Assembly (NCBI GenBank): GCA_018062515.1
Contig: JAGOSC010000005.1
Coordinates: forward strand, 880-64,879
Direction: 5' to 3'
Source: Candidatus Omnitrophota bacterium
Lineage (GTDB): Bacteria; Omnitrophota; Gorgyraeia; Zapsychrales; Zapsychraceae
Length of the DNA stretch: 64,000 nt
Within the stretch, counting starts at the first letter, position 1. Every line of letters begins with the position of its first letter. The position numbers and the translations under genes were made by a program. Shown here one piece after another: positions 29,001 through 36,200 of this stretch. The notes below the pieces were generated by a model. That model was not told the DNA's origin. It did no database searches and saw nothing but the letters and a program-made list of their open reading frames with translations.

Positions 29001-29941
29001 TCGCAACCAAAGCGTCTGTTCTTATCGGAGCTGTTAAACCAGGACTGAAAGGTCTGCCCGAAGAAACTGCGGCAGAACTGCCCATAAAAAACGAAGAGGG
29101 ATTGCTTCCGGCTTTCATGATTACCTCAAAAATCATAGAACCCACCATTTCTGATAATCAAATCAATCTTTATAAGAATCCGGCCATTGATCTATCTGAG
29201 AAATTCGCAATATTAGCTGCTAAATCAAAATTTAAAGACCCAAATAGCGCCCTAGGAATGTATGCCTTGGAAACAAAGGCATTTATACCTGCCATTGTTG
29301 AAAAAGTTTTCGGGAACACGGCGGAATTAGGGGAATTTAAATTAAAGGGGTTTACATCATTTGCTCCTAGCGGATTAGATGCTAATGATCAAATTCGAAC
29401 GACATTGCAAGTAAGCCGCAATTTTAAGATCGACGGGGATGATGTATACCTTAATGCCCGTATATCTTTGGATAAATTTTTTGTCGATTCCGGAAAATGG
29501 AAAGAGTTGTTGGTCGGAAATCAAATACTAAAAATGCCAATTAACGACTTAAACTCTTTAGGTTTTTACTTACCGTCTGAAAAAATTGACTCCGCTTTGA
29601 TTGGAGAAAAAAACGATGTTAGCCTGAATAATAATATCGCTGAATCCAAAAAAGAATACGGCGGTATTGACTTTAATTCAAAATTTTTGAATCTTCAGAT
29701 CAAGCGTGATGGACGAGGAATTCCATTGCCGGTGAATCAGCAGCCATTGATGAACATTCACATCAATGGATTTTATCCGGTTCTCATTGAAACAATGCCG
29801 ATTAATTTACCATTGATTCTCGGTTTAGAGACGGAAGAAGAAGATTCGAATTCAAGAACTCAACAAAGTTCACTTGATCCTTTGCATAAACAAGAAGACA
29901 TACGTATCGAAGATTTAGAAACAGCCAGCATACTAAACTAA
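22019..29941 (+). CDS. Giant fusion protein A (2640 aa): leader + shared N module + 2x CitE/HpcH-like lyase + 2x MaoC hot-dog + crotonyl-CoA carboxylase/reductase-like MDR + shared C module
   Basis: Uninterrupted 7.9-kb ORF in AT-rich DNA. GAGGAA lies 8 nt upstream of the ATG. Domain motifs are listed in the sub-features. Confidence 0.9.
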   Translation: MMIFKRNKRNLTRKITSTFVLFSFIFSSILPPQVSAQSVFHLPIPGTLFNVTNTFNPFIIQGLTVDPQNPLHFSFIIDTGDTQTNDPDAFRLESTKLVKYFLASLTVPEDQMWVNLSPYEGNRIISDTFGQTEMGRDLLAQDYILKQMSASLTYSEEELGEKFWHRVHQRAKKEYGVKDIPLNTFNKVWIIPQKATVYEHDGSAYVVNSRLKVMMEEDYLALNKNIGEQAFGMNNVKQDEAESTSKVTSAIIKEIIIPELEKEVNEGSHFANLRQIYQSMILATWYKVNLKESLLGKVYIDQNKVQGIDLNDKNANQKIYEQYLAAFKKGVYNYIKEDYDSATHKSTPRQYFAGGFVPKTEDNATLAELITREKTTRLAATDQAALTPKGNQIRADFALLEDLTDEDAPKVQKPIEKIEDAQIAVDPNWVEDYLENLFPENSFPKPVKQEPVIISKERKELEDELIANRSQFSGSRINRNIKEKTGLDVPEDTVDYFVEHSGTLPGLNHRADRSQVIGQLIRNHRPYEISKLFALSESKNFERKYYPAWIQALSKIFTFLKDKNSTINTELTVQVNLDGILLIKDGSGEELKAFQKLDQLHTEKASVGALALQIVKLLTHDYDGLELTNTKELSDDLVSIFNIFGIKPTVINDAWMQTVLGYGDSSLNLQALKEGVEVTEADVDTYLFRLDTEKSLARQAGETVYLSTRSEAVAEMIKENKYDSALLASIDEKALTPEILTAFGGNVTAAQTVVAERLEAMRVADPNATVEQAVARLAWEYKPRDIQNVFPGDNWKFMFLAAKAGMKAPILLLDLEDAVATTRKEIARGVIVQLIRAFKGEGLTQDEFDFLQKNALQADDEKYPMTSFFTQSLVDGKTVYTLNPENQFHKDQMVLFRPNNLRTKWSAGDYSQVFRKVGHLVDGIYMPKVEGPEDIKIGASILRAIQKEQNWVVGRHKIFVLTELPGAVLTAENILKIAPEVEEVQLGVVDYTAATGGKNQVQIEQFPFMRYALLRLVEAANNIGKSAGLGITVQFTPEATAEDTVKAINIGLHRKWSVHPAHLKGMESFIGKFPKIVRKDIQYDELQGFDLVQLDQYASESRPILAPKVLTPKDVVLSRAVVTVSSGNIDGLKKALDSNADTIILDFGKKENLSEIKKILVQAKTTKSILVVDELDSLQSIKQIVTELNGYFQGFNLNNIQNASTVRDVDGLLSEAESDLGLNAGSLKIAVSFNDPQVVEEQSRYLGTDPAKALLYSSQRLSWAILNLPTMPTEDLDDPETRGYNYYHSLFIAMTAHAEVDSIDGYSADENLTEQVATSAIWGFQGKLANLNQVDEITEAMSPQRAGIMPEFSTPEERKAWLATAEGKIYVARWKNSLERDLELMDLYAEADQERQLGAVGYKDPLTGAIEIVDAASARIPFRQLEKALKTNQLTDTEKVRYAKSREKLLLAMRPGGREGSGEKVFAGQKITAPAIVMRPWMVNAFAKDGDQNRYHLDEAYANASKFKGLVAHGLLTVTKALSSLKAQLPAYKIEEVDDAKFLAPVRFNDTITPVIDVTSVDNEKANVKISVINQDGKTVSEIKVLLIESTDSQIIPKINNDSLKSAEKVPASIPAVIYDFTDPQSPREQTFKQEITSSYLENVQGSNLITSRDLLSQLAAFKMMAGTSANAVPGHILLNATNVKFGAEIHLGDVLTAKATVPAADQIKLTKDNLPKVPVTIEITNQNGEMVLKGQVLKLMEPGKDRAMLAKKPYLLPRGKIVTSPDELPTHMEAYVVRRGEHGDPIDAFKKSIQPVPDVGDYEVLVQVMAGGLNFNGTWALQGLPISPFTYPLNKFHDEQRLGSDASGIVVAVGKHVTQYKIGDQVVMATGEDDRAEKDPDHGDTMQKRTFVITGYETPDGTFGQFVALDERQVHPKEANMTWEQAASYHLVADTAWRDMKYKLGVKKGDTVLIWGASTGVGAFNVQIAKYLGAKNIVAVVSSASRAEQARKFGATQVINRTELPKILGYSDAEIWGELSNNPQKQQKQIEMLNKFREYFLSLTGGELADAVAEQIGQTTYPISQYLAKDSGKVTHFAGTFGFKFTFMGKDLPLDENTKKQKTPLQMLEEAGVRDAKRVLIYGADQLSKEIFEEVKKYSTNIAFIVKSQEEQNTVENWDLEKTYIKGIVDLNPISFPEDMPTPPHPDIPADKQAKNLEEFNEYRIKVLDPIRGSVVKALGGQPDLIVERAGNKNTLDISVFVVRPHGVVTYVESTKGKRLVFDARFIWMFQKQIYPWVLGTHYANHTQTKELNDLVLKGIISVPEPEVFSWDELPLAQQKMYENKLIATKASVLIGAVKPGLKGLPEETAAELPIKNEEGLLPAFMITSKIIEPTISDNQINLYKNPAIDLSEKFAILAAKSKFKDPNSALGMYALETKAFIPAIVEKVFGNTAELGEFKLKGFTSFAPSGLDANDQIRTTLQVSRNFKIDGDDVYLNARISLDKFFVDSGKWKELLVGNQILKMPINDLNSLGFYLPSEKIDSALIGEKNDVSLNNNIAESKKEYGGIDFNSKFLNLQIKRDGRGIPLPVNQQPLMNIHINGFYPVLIETMPINLPLILGLETEEEDSNSRTQQSSLDPLHKQEDIRIEDLETASILN
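24360..25230 (+). other. CitE/HpcH-family (malyl-CoA lyase / citrate lyase beta-like) domain 1
   Basis: APILLLDLEDAVA, LFRPNNL, IYMPKVEGPEDI, IFVLTELPGAV, LGVVDYTAATGG, WSVHPAHL. This is colinear with CitE-family motifs from memory. Boundaries are approximate. Confidence 0.6.
25350..26060 (+). other. Second, degenerate CitE-like domain
   Basis: SRAVVTVSSGNIDGLKKALDSNADTIILDFGKKEN, where the DLEDAV-type motif is replaced, and later IWGFQGKLANLNQVDEITEAMSP (compare GF.GK..IHP.QV). Boundaries are approximate. Confidence 0.45.
26400..27240 (+). other. Tandem MaoC-like hot-dog (enoyl-CoA hydratase/dehydratase) domains
   Basis: DGDQNRYHLDEAYANASKFKGLVAHGLLT is the MaoC signature D.NP.H.D...A....F...IAHG. 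A second hot-dog-like half follows (...GHILLNATNVKFGAEIHLGDVLTAKATV). Confidence 0.65.
27330..29040 (+). other. Crotonyl-CoA carboxylase/reductase-like medium-chain reductase domain with an internal insertion
   Basis: EVLVQVMAGGLNFNGTWAL, LGSDASGIVVAVGKHVTQYKIGDQVV, ETPDGTFGQFVALDERQVHPK, GDTVLIWGASTGVGAFNVQIAKYLGAKNIVAVVSSASRAEQARKFGA. All are colinear with Ccr-type sequences as I remember them. It is ~120 aa longer than stand-alone Ccr. Confidence 0.65.
29657..29835 (+). other. Shared C-terminal module, copy A
   Basis: YGGIDFNSKFLNLQIKRDGRGIPLPVNQQPLMNIHINGFYPVLIETMPINLPLILGLE, followed by a polar/acidic ~35-aa tail. Confidence 0.85.
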
Positions 29942-29957
29942 TAAGGGACGCAGCTAA

Positions 29958-31000
29958 GTGATTAATCAATTTAAGAAGTTTCAGCCACGATTTGCTTATA
30001 AATTATTCTGTGCGGTCATCAATGTTGCGTTTATTTCAACTTCGGTTCTCCCACCGAGTTATGCTCAGGTTTTACCAACCGCATTTGCATTACCGCAACC
30101 CGGGGCAATGGTTAACCTAACGGAGAAGTTTATGCCGGTCATCGTGCGCGGCATAACCATTCATCCTGAAAATCCGCTTATGTTTGATTTTATGGTGGAT
30201 CAAGGCGACACAACTCTTGATGCGACCGCCCTCAAAAACGAATCGTTAAAACTAATTAAATACTTTCTCGCTTCCTTGACCATTCCAGAAAAGGAAATGT
30301 GGGTCAATCTTTCTCCGACGGAAAAAGATAGAATTATTCCTGATTCGTTTGGAGAAACCGAAATGGGACGGGATCTCTTAGCCCAAGATTATGTTCTCAA
30401 ACAGTTGACGGCCTCTTTGATGTATCCGGAAAAAGAATTAGGCCAAAAATTCTGGCAGCGCGTCCGTGAACGGGCGAAATCCGAATATGGTCTAACAGAT
30501 ATTCCGATGGATACATTTAATAAGGTATGGATTGTGCCTAAATCAGCGGTTGTTTTTGAAGGTAAAAATTCTGCCTTTGTCGTTGAGAGTGAGTTGGACG
30601 TCATGCTTGAAGAAGAGTATTCCCAGTTAGATGGTGTCATCCAGGCTCAAGGTTCCTCGTCGATAAAAAGTAGTTCAGCAAAAGAAATTATTAAAGAAGT
30701 CATTTTACCGGAAATCAAAAAAGAAGTTAACACGGGAGAGACTTTTGCGAATTTGCGTCAGATTTATAATTCCATGATCTTGGCTTCCTGGTATAAAGAT
30801 AATTTAAAAAAGAGTCTTTTAGGACAAGTATACGTCGATCAGAATAAAATACGCGGCATTGATGTTGAGGATAAAAATGTCAAACTAAAGATTTACGACC
30901 AATATATGAAGGCCTTTAAAAAAGGTGTTTACAACTATATAAGAGAAGATTATGACTCAGCATCTAAGAAAATGGTTCCGAGAAGATATTTTTCCGGTGG
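29958..31000 (+). other. Leader plus shared N-terminal module, copy B
   Basis: ..INVAFISTSVLPPSYA|QV, LPQPGAMVNL..GITIHPENPLMFDFMVDQGD..FLASLTIPEKEMWVNLSPTE..FGETEMGRDLLAQDYVLKQ..NLRQIYNSMILASWYK..AFKKGVYNYIREDYD..PRRYFSGG. Confidence 0.85.
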
Positions 31001-34000
31001 GGAAACATTTACAAATTTAAAAATCACTCGCCAGGATATAGATGATTCCGGGATGCTAAGCGCTTCACAAAAAGATGCAATGAATCCGGGTAATACCGAC
31101 GTCATTGTGACAGTAGCGTTAGCTGACTTTGGAAGCAATGTCGATACGACAACTTTAAAACAAGCCGCAAAAGAACTCAATGAAGATCAATCCATGGTTG
31201 GCGAAAATCCTGAGAATAAAAAGGGAATAACCGGAGGATTTTTAACGGACGGCAATTTGGTTGTATATGATAATCCTAAAATTGTCCTTTATCCGGAAAA
31301 TGTTAAAGATCATCCTGATGTCGACACAATGTATCAAATGTTTGAATCCATCTTGGGTCAAAATTCTGAAATTGTACAATCAGTGGGTGAAAGGATTGAC
31401 ACGAAAGAAATTCACGTCGAAGAACCATATGAAGTTACCGTTAACGGGAAAAATGAATCACGAGAAAGTTTAATTAAACAATTAGGCGGTTTAGGTCTTT
31501 TAGGCATGTCGGTACCGGCTGAATATCGAACCGTTGAACTCGGTGGTGATGGTAAAAAGGCCTTCCCTAAAATTGTTAAATCATTGGCGGATAAATGGGC
31601 ATGGTATGGGAACGCGTCTATTGGATCGCTGGTGCGTGTTCATGGCGGCGTGTCTACATTTCCAATTTTAATTTACGGAACGGAAGAACAAAAGAAAAAA
31701 TATTTGCCAAAATTAGCCTCGGGAGAAATGATCGGCGCTTATGCGTTGACGGAATCGAATCATGGGTCTGATACTCTTAATCAGGAAACTGTATTTGATA
31801 CCACCGGGGTTATCGTCGAGCAAGATGGCAAAAAGTATGTAAAAATAAATGGTTCAAAACAATATATTACCAATACACGTTTTGCGGATATTTTCACCGT
31901 GTTTGTGTCTGTCCAAAATCCTGAATGGAATAAGGATCAACCAGACGCAGCCCCACAATGGTTAAAAAGCGTTTTTGTCGTTGAGAAGAAAGATTCCACA
32001 CCGGATACTTTTTCATTTGGACCCGAAATGGAAAAAATTGGGCTTCCCGGATCTGCGACCCAAGAAATATTTTTTAATGATTTACTGATACCGATGGACA
32101 ACCTTTTAGGCAAATTAGGCCAAGGCGATAAAATCGGCATGAGTATTCTTAATTATGGACGATTAGCGATTGGCGCCGGATCTTTAGGCGGAAGCCAACG
32201 TATTCTCGATGAGAGTATACGCTGGATCCTTACTCGTCAGCAATTCGGACATCCCTTGGCCGACTTTAGCGCTGTTCAAACCAATATCGCCGAAATGGAA
32301 GCGAATATTTATGCGATGGAAGCCTTGGTTTATGCCGTCAGCGCGTTATTAGATAACAATGAAGCACCGGGGTTAGAAGCATCAATAGCCAAGGTCTGGG
32401 GGTCCAACACATTTCAGAAAATTGCCCAGATGGGTGTCAATCTGCGTGATGATGAAGGTTTTCTCAAATCAACGCATGTTAACCGCATACTCGGTGATTC
32501 CGTTGTCATGTCTATTTTTGAAGGGGCGAATGAAGTTCTTTCGTCACAGGTCATCGCCGCTTTATCCATGAAATACTTAGACAAAAAAGATAAATTATTA
32601 GGCAGCTGGACAATCCCTCAAGATAGCCCTGTTTACGACGAGAGTTTGCATATAAAACAGGCTGCCGAAACAATTATGCAAGCCAAGGATAAATTGATTA
32701 AAACCTACGGAACGACGTCGGTCTTGCGGGAGCGCGGGAAAGAACATCTTCAAGAATATTTTAATGCATTTGGATTAATGATCGCCGATCTGTACGTATT
32801 AGTGAATACGCTTAATCGAACACATCATTTGCTTTTGTCAAATCCTCAATCACAACATGAAAGGAATTTAGCTAAATTGGTTGTTGAAGAAGGTATTCGT
32901 CGAATCGAAAGCAATGCCGGGCTCATCTTGACTCAGGATGAAATTAAACTAGTTAATCTGGGTACCGAAAGCCCTGTGGAGCTCAAAATACAAGTAGCAA
33001 AACATATTTTAGAGAATAATAAATTTATGACGTGGACCCCTGCGACAGCCACCGACGAAGAAATAGTGAGTACGGAAGGCGCAAAACCGGTATCAACATT
33101 CCTCTTTAGTGGTCAAAAAGGTGAATACCCGGAATCAGCTTTACCATTTATGGAAGATAATGAGCAGTTTGCTGAAGGCCCGATGTACGAAGGTCTTAAA
33201 GAAATTTTCGCGGATATGGTCGTTTCTAAACAGATTAATAAAAATTTGGATGAAGGCCATTTAAAACTCACGCAGATTTGGGACGAACTGAAAGAATTAG
33301 GCCTTTTTGATCCGGAATACTCTACCATTGTAAAAAATTGGGTGAATCAATTTGCGGCATATGCCAGCCCGTCGCTAGGACTTACTTTAGCCGTTCATAA
33401 CGGCGTAGGTTCTATGCCCATTAAACTTTTTGGAAGTGATGCGCAGAAGGAAAAATATTTACCGCTATTTAACTCTGGTGAAAATATCGCGGCCATGGCC
33501 ATCACGGAAAAAGAGCATAACTCAGATATTTATTCTGACAATACGGTATTAGAAACGACCGCCACGCCCATCACCGACGAGAATGGAACGATTGTTTCTT
33601 ACCAAATCAAGGGTTCAAAAGATTATGTGATTAATGCGAGTGACAACAGCATATATATTATCTTAGCTTCGGTTTTGAATGAATCACAAGGAAAACAAAA
33701 ATCTTTATTTATCGTCGAGCATAACGATACTGGAAAAATTTCGGTCACAGAACAAAAAAATAAAATGGGTTTGAGATCAGCTATGACCGCGGTTGTTGAT
33801 TTTAATATCACCGTTCCGGCAGACCGCATGATCGGTGAGGCGGATCAAAGCGATATGATCAACCAAAACATTCAAGGTTATACGTGGACTGCTTTGGGTT
33901 CCATTTATTTAGGCGCCAGTGACATTGCGTTTAAAGAAACTTTAAAGTACGTAACTCAGCGCAAACAATTTTCCTACAAAAAAGATAATGTTTTAAAAAG

Positions 34001-35141
34001 AAAATTCATCGCGGATTTCGGTGCCGTACAAATATCCTTAGCCAACTCAGAAGCCATGTTATACGCCTTGGAATCGATGGTCTATGCTGTCAATGCAGAA
34101 TTTGATAGCGGCCGTAATCCCGTTTTTGAATCAGCTATTTTGAAAGTGATCGGGACAAACACATTCCAGGATATTGCCCGTCAAGGTGTGCAAAAACACG
34201 GCGGCATGGGTTTCGGGCGGGAAACGGAAGTCGCTAAATATTTCGAAGATTCCATCGCACTCGCGCAGATTGGCGGATCAAATAATGTCCTATTAGGTGT
34301 TGTTATCGGCCCCTTGGGATTAACGGCTTTAAAAGAAAATTCCGGCCTGAGCATTTTGGAAAACTGGAATATTCCGGAAGGCCCGTTGACGGATGATGTC
34401 CTTAGAATAAAAGTAGCCGCTAAAACTATTTTGAATATGGTGAGTGAATTTGAAAAACGCGGCATTACGAAAAATAACCCTTCCGCCAGTATATATTTTC
34501 ACCTGCTTGGAGAAATGTTTGTCCAACTCTATGTGATGACCACGACGGTGAACCGCACTCAACATCGTTTAGATAAGGGCATGGATTCTGCGCATGAAAT
34601 TGGTTTAACAAAAACCATTGTCATTGACGGGATACAAAAAATACAAAAATTAGCGCAAGAATTACGTATTTCTGCGCCATCCACGCCATCCCTAAACAGT
34701 GATCAATTGGTGGCCTTGAAAACAGAAATCGCGGAATCAACATTAGAACGCACGACCGATTGGGAAAAACCACAAACAGAAAAAGATATAGCCATGGTGG
34801 CAGAAACCGAAGATCCATACTTGATGAATAAAGCAGATCTCAATACACCGTCGACAAAAGATAAGGTAGGGGGTATTAATTTAGACCGTTCCTTACTGAA
34901 TATGCAAATCCTCCGGGATGAGGGCGGTGTTCCTCTTCCGCTCGACGATCAACCGCTTTTGGAAATGAATATCGAAGGGTTTATTCCGGTGATCATTCAA
35001 ATTACACCGGCTCTAAATGTGCCTTTATTGTTGGGGTTAGCCGGTGAAAAGAAAGATTCAAATTCAAACAGCCAACGCGGTTCGCTAGACCCTTTGCAAA
35101 AAAAAGAGCATATGCTTGTAGAATATGAGGAACGCAGCTAA
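29958..35141 (+). CDS. Giant fusion protein B (1727 aa): leader + shared N module + two acyl-CoA dehydrogenase units + shared C module
   Basis: GTG start 16 nt after the ORF A stop, preceded by AGGGA. 5.2-kb open frame. Motifs are in the sub-features. Confidence 0.88.
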   Translation: MINQFKKFQPRFAYKLFCAVINVAFISTSVLPPSYAQVLPTAFALPQPGAMVNLTEKFMPVIVRGITIHPENPLMFDFMVDQGDTTLDATALKNESLKLIKYFLASLTIPEKEMWVNLSPTEKDRIIPDSFGETEMGRDLLAQDYVLKQLTASLMYPEKELGQKFWQRVRERAKSEYGLTDIPMDTFNKVWIVPKSAVVFEGKNSAFVVESELDVMLEEEYSQLDGVIQAQGSSSIKSSSAKEIIKEVILPEIKKEVNTGETFANLRQIYNSMILASWYKDNLKKSLLGQVYVDQNKIRGIDVEDKNVKLKIYDQYMKAFKKGVYNYIREDYDSASKKMVPRRYFSGGETFTNLKITRQDIDDSGMLSASQKDAMNPGNTDVIVTVALADFGSNVDTTTLKQAAKELNEDQSMVGENPENKKGITGGFLTDGNLVVYDNPKIVLYPENVKDHPDVDTMYQMFESILGQNSEIVQSVGERIDTKEIHVEEPYEVTVNGKNESRESLIKQLGGLGLLGMSVPAEYRTVELGGDGKKAFPKIVKSLADKWAWYGNASIGSLVRVHGGVSTFPILIYGTEEQKKKYLPKLASGEMIGAYALTESNHGSDTLNQETVFDTTGVIVEQDGKKYVKINGSKQYITNTRFADIFTVFVSVQNPEWNKDQPDAAPQWLKSVFVVEKKDSTPDTFSFGPEMEKIGLPGSATQEIFFNDLLIPMDNLLGKLGQGDKIGMSILNYGRLAIGAGSLGGSQRILDESIRWILTRQQFGHPLADFSAVQTNIAEMEANIYAMEALVYAVSALLDNNEAPGLEASIAKVWGSNTFQKIAQMGVNLRDDEGFLKSTHVNRILGDSVVMSIFEGANEVLSSQVIAALSMKYLDKKDKLLGSWTIPQDSPVYDESLHIKQAAETIMQAKDKLIKTYGTTSVLRERGKEHLQEYFNAFGLMIADLYVLVNTLNRTHHLLLSNPQSQHERNLAKLVVEEGIRRIESNAGLILTQDEIKLVNLGTESPVELKIQVAKHILENNKFMTWTPATATDEEIVSTEGAKPVSTFLFSGQKGEYPESALPFMEDNEQFAEGPMYEGLKEIFADMVVSKQINKNLDEGHLKLTQIWDELKELGLFDPEYSTIVKNWVNQFAAYASPSLGLTLAVHNGVGSMPIKLFGSDAQKEKYLPLFNSGENIAAMAITEKEHNSDIYSDNTVLETTATPITDENGTIVSYQIKGSKDYVINASDNSIYIILASVLNESQGKQKSLFIVEHNDTGKISVTEQKNKMGLRSAMTAVVDFNITVPADRMIGEADQSDMINQNIQGYTWTALGSIYLGASDIAFKETLKYVTQRKQFSYKKDNVLKRKFIADFGAVQISLANSEAMLYALESMVYAVNAEFDSGRNPVFESAILKVIGTNTFQDIARQGVQKHGGMGFGRETEVAKYFEDSIALAQIGGSNNVLLGVVIGPLGLTALKENSGLSILENWNIPEGPLTDDVLRIKVAAKTILNMVSEFEKRGITKNNPSASIYFHLLGEMFVQLYVMTTTVNRTQHRLDKGMDSAHEIGLTKTIVIDGIQKIQKLAQELRISAPSTPSLNSDQLVALKTEIAESTLERTTDWEKPQTEKDIAMVAETEDPYLMNKADLNTPSTKDKVGGINLDRSLLNMQILRDEGGVPLPLDDQPLLEMNIEGFIPVIIQITPALNVPLLLGLAGEKKDSNSNSQRGSLDPLQKKEHMLVEYEERS
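31330..32580 (+). other. Acyl-CoA dehydrogenase domain 1
   Basis: LGLLGMSVPAEY, GAYALTESNHGSD, INGSKQYITN, RQQFGHPLADF, IFEGANEV (the Y-E-G-T-type position keeps the Glu). Boundaries are approximate. Confidence 0.7.
33200..34330 (+). other. Acyl-CoA dehydrogenase domain 2 (divergent)
   Basis: ELGLFDPEYS, AAMAITEKEHNSD, IKGSKDYVINA, RKQFSY. The C-terminal motif reads AQIGGSNNV, where ACADs of the MCAD type have Y-E-G-T. Confidence 0.6.
34866..35045 (+). other. Shared C-terminal module, copy B
   Basis: VGGINLDRSLLNMQILRDEGGVPLPLDDQPLLEMNIEGFIPVIIQITPALNVPLLLGLAGE, followed by a polar tail. Confidence 0.85.
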
Positions 35142-36200
35142 GTGATTATTCAGTTTAAAAAATTCCAGTTAAAATTTACCTATAAATTTCTTTGTACGGT
35201 TATCAATATTGCGTTTATCTCGACTTGTGTTCTACCGCCGAGCTATGCTCAGGTTTTATCTTTACCCCAACCTGGAACCATGCTGAATGTAAGCCCGGTT
35301 TATACTCCGCCCATGATCAAAGGACTGACCATTGATCAAGAAAACCCGCTGCATTTTCAATTTATTATTGATACTGGAAATGAACAATATAAAGATAATG
35401 ATCAGCTTCGAGAAGAATCAACACGCTTAATTAAATATTTCCTTGCTTCGTTAACAGTTCCTGAAAATGAAATGTGGGTGAACCTTTCACCCCATGAAAA
35501 AGACCGCATTATTCCCGACGGGTTCGGCCAAACCGAAATGGGCCGTGACCTTTTAGCCCAGGATTATATTTTAAAACAACTCACCGCGTCATTGATTTAT
35601 CCTGAAAAAGAATTAGGGGCTGAGTTTTGGAAAAAAGTGCATGACCGCGCTTGGAAAGAATTTAAAACAAAAGAAATTCCATTGGATACATTTAATAAGG
35701 TTTGGATTGTTCCGGAAAAAGCAGTGATTTATGAACATGAAAGAAGCGCTTATGTTCTGGAAAGTCATTTAAAGGTCATGTTGGAAGAAGATTATCAAGC
35801 ACTTATATCCAATACTTCGTCGACATCCGCGGACAATCAAAAATTAAAAGATGATAATCGGCAACTGACAGCGTCGATCATGAAAGAAATTATTATTCCG
35901 GAAATCGAACGGGAAGTTAATGAAGGTAAAAATTTCACAAATCTACGCCAAATTTACCAGTCGATGATTTTAGCGACGTGGTACAAGATGAACTTAAAAG
36001 AGTCATTACTTGGACAAATTTACGTCGATCAGAATAAACTCATAGGGATTGATCTCGACGATAAGAATGTTAAAGACAAAATTTACGCGCAGTATATAGA
36101 AGCCTTTAAAAAAGGTGTTTATAACTATATCAAAGAAGATTATGATCCTGACCAGCAAAAGACCGTTCCTCGTCAATACATTTCGGGCGGTTTCTCGACG
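35142..36200 (+). other. Leader plus shared N-terminal module, copy C
   Basis: ..INIAFISTCVLPPSYA|QV, LPQPGTMLNV..GLTIDQENPLHFQFIIDTGN..FLASLTVPENEMWVNLSPHE..FGQTEMGRDLLAQDYILKQ..NLRQIYQSMILATWYK..AFKKGVYNYIKEDYD..PRQYISGGF. Confidence 0.85.
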
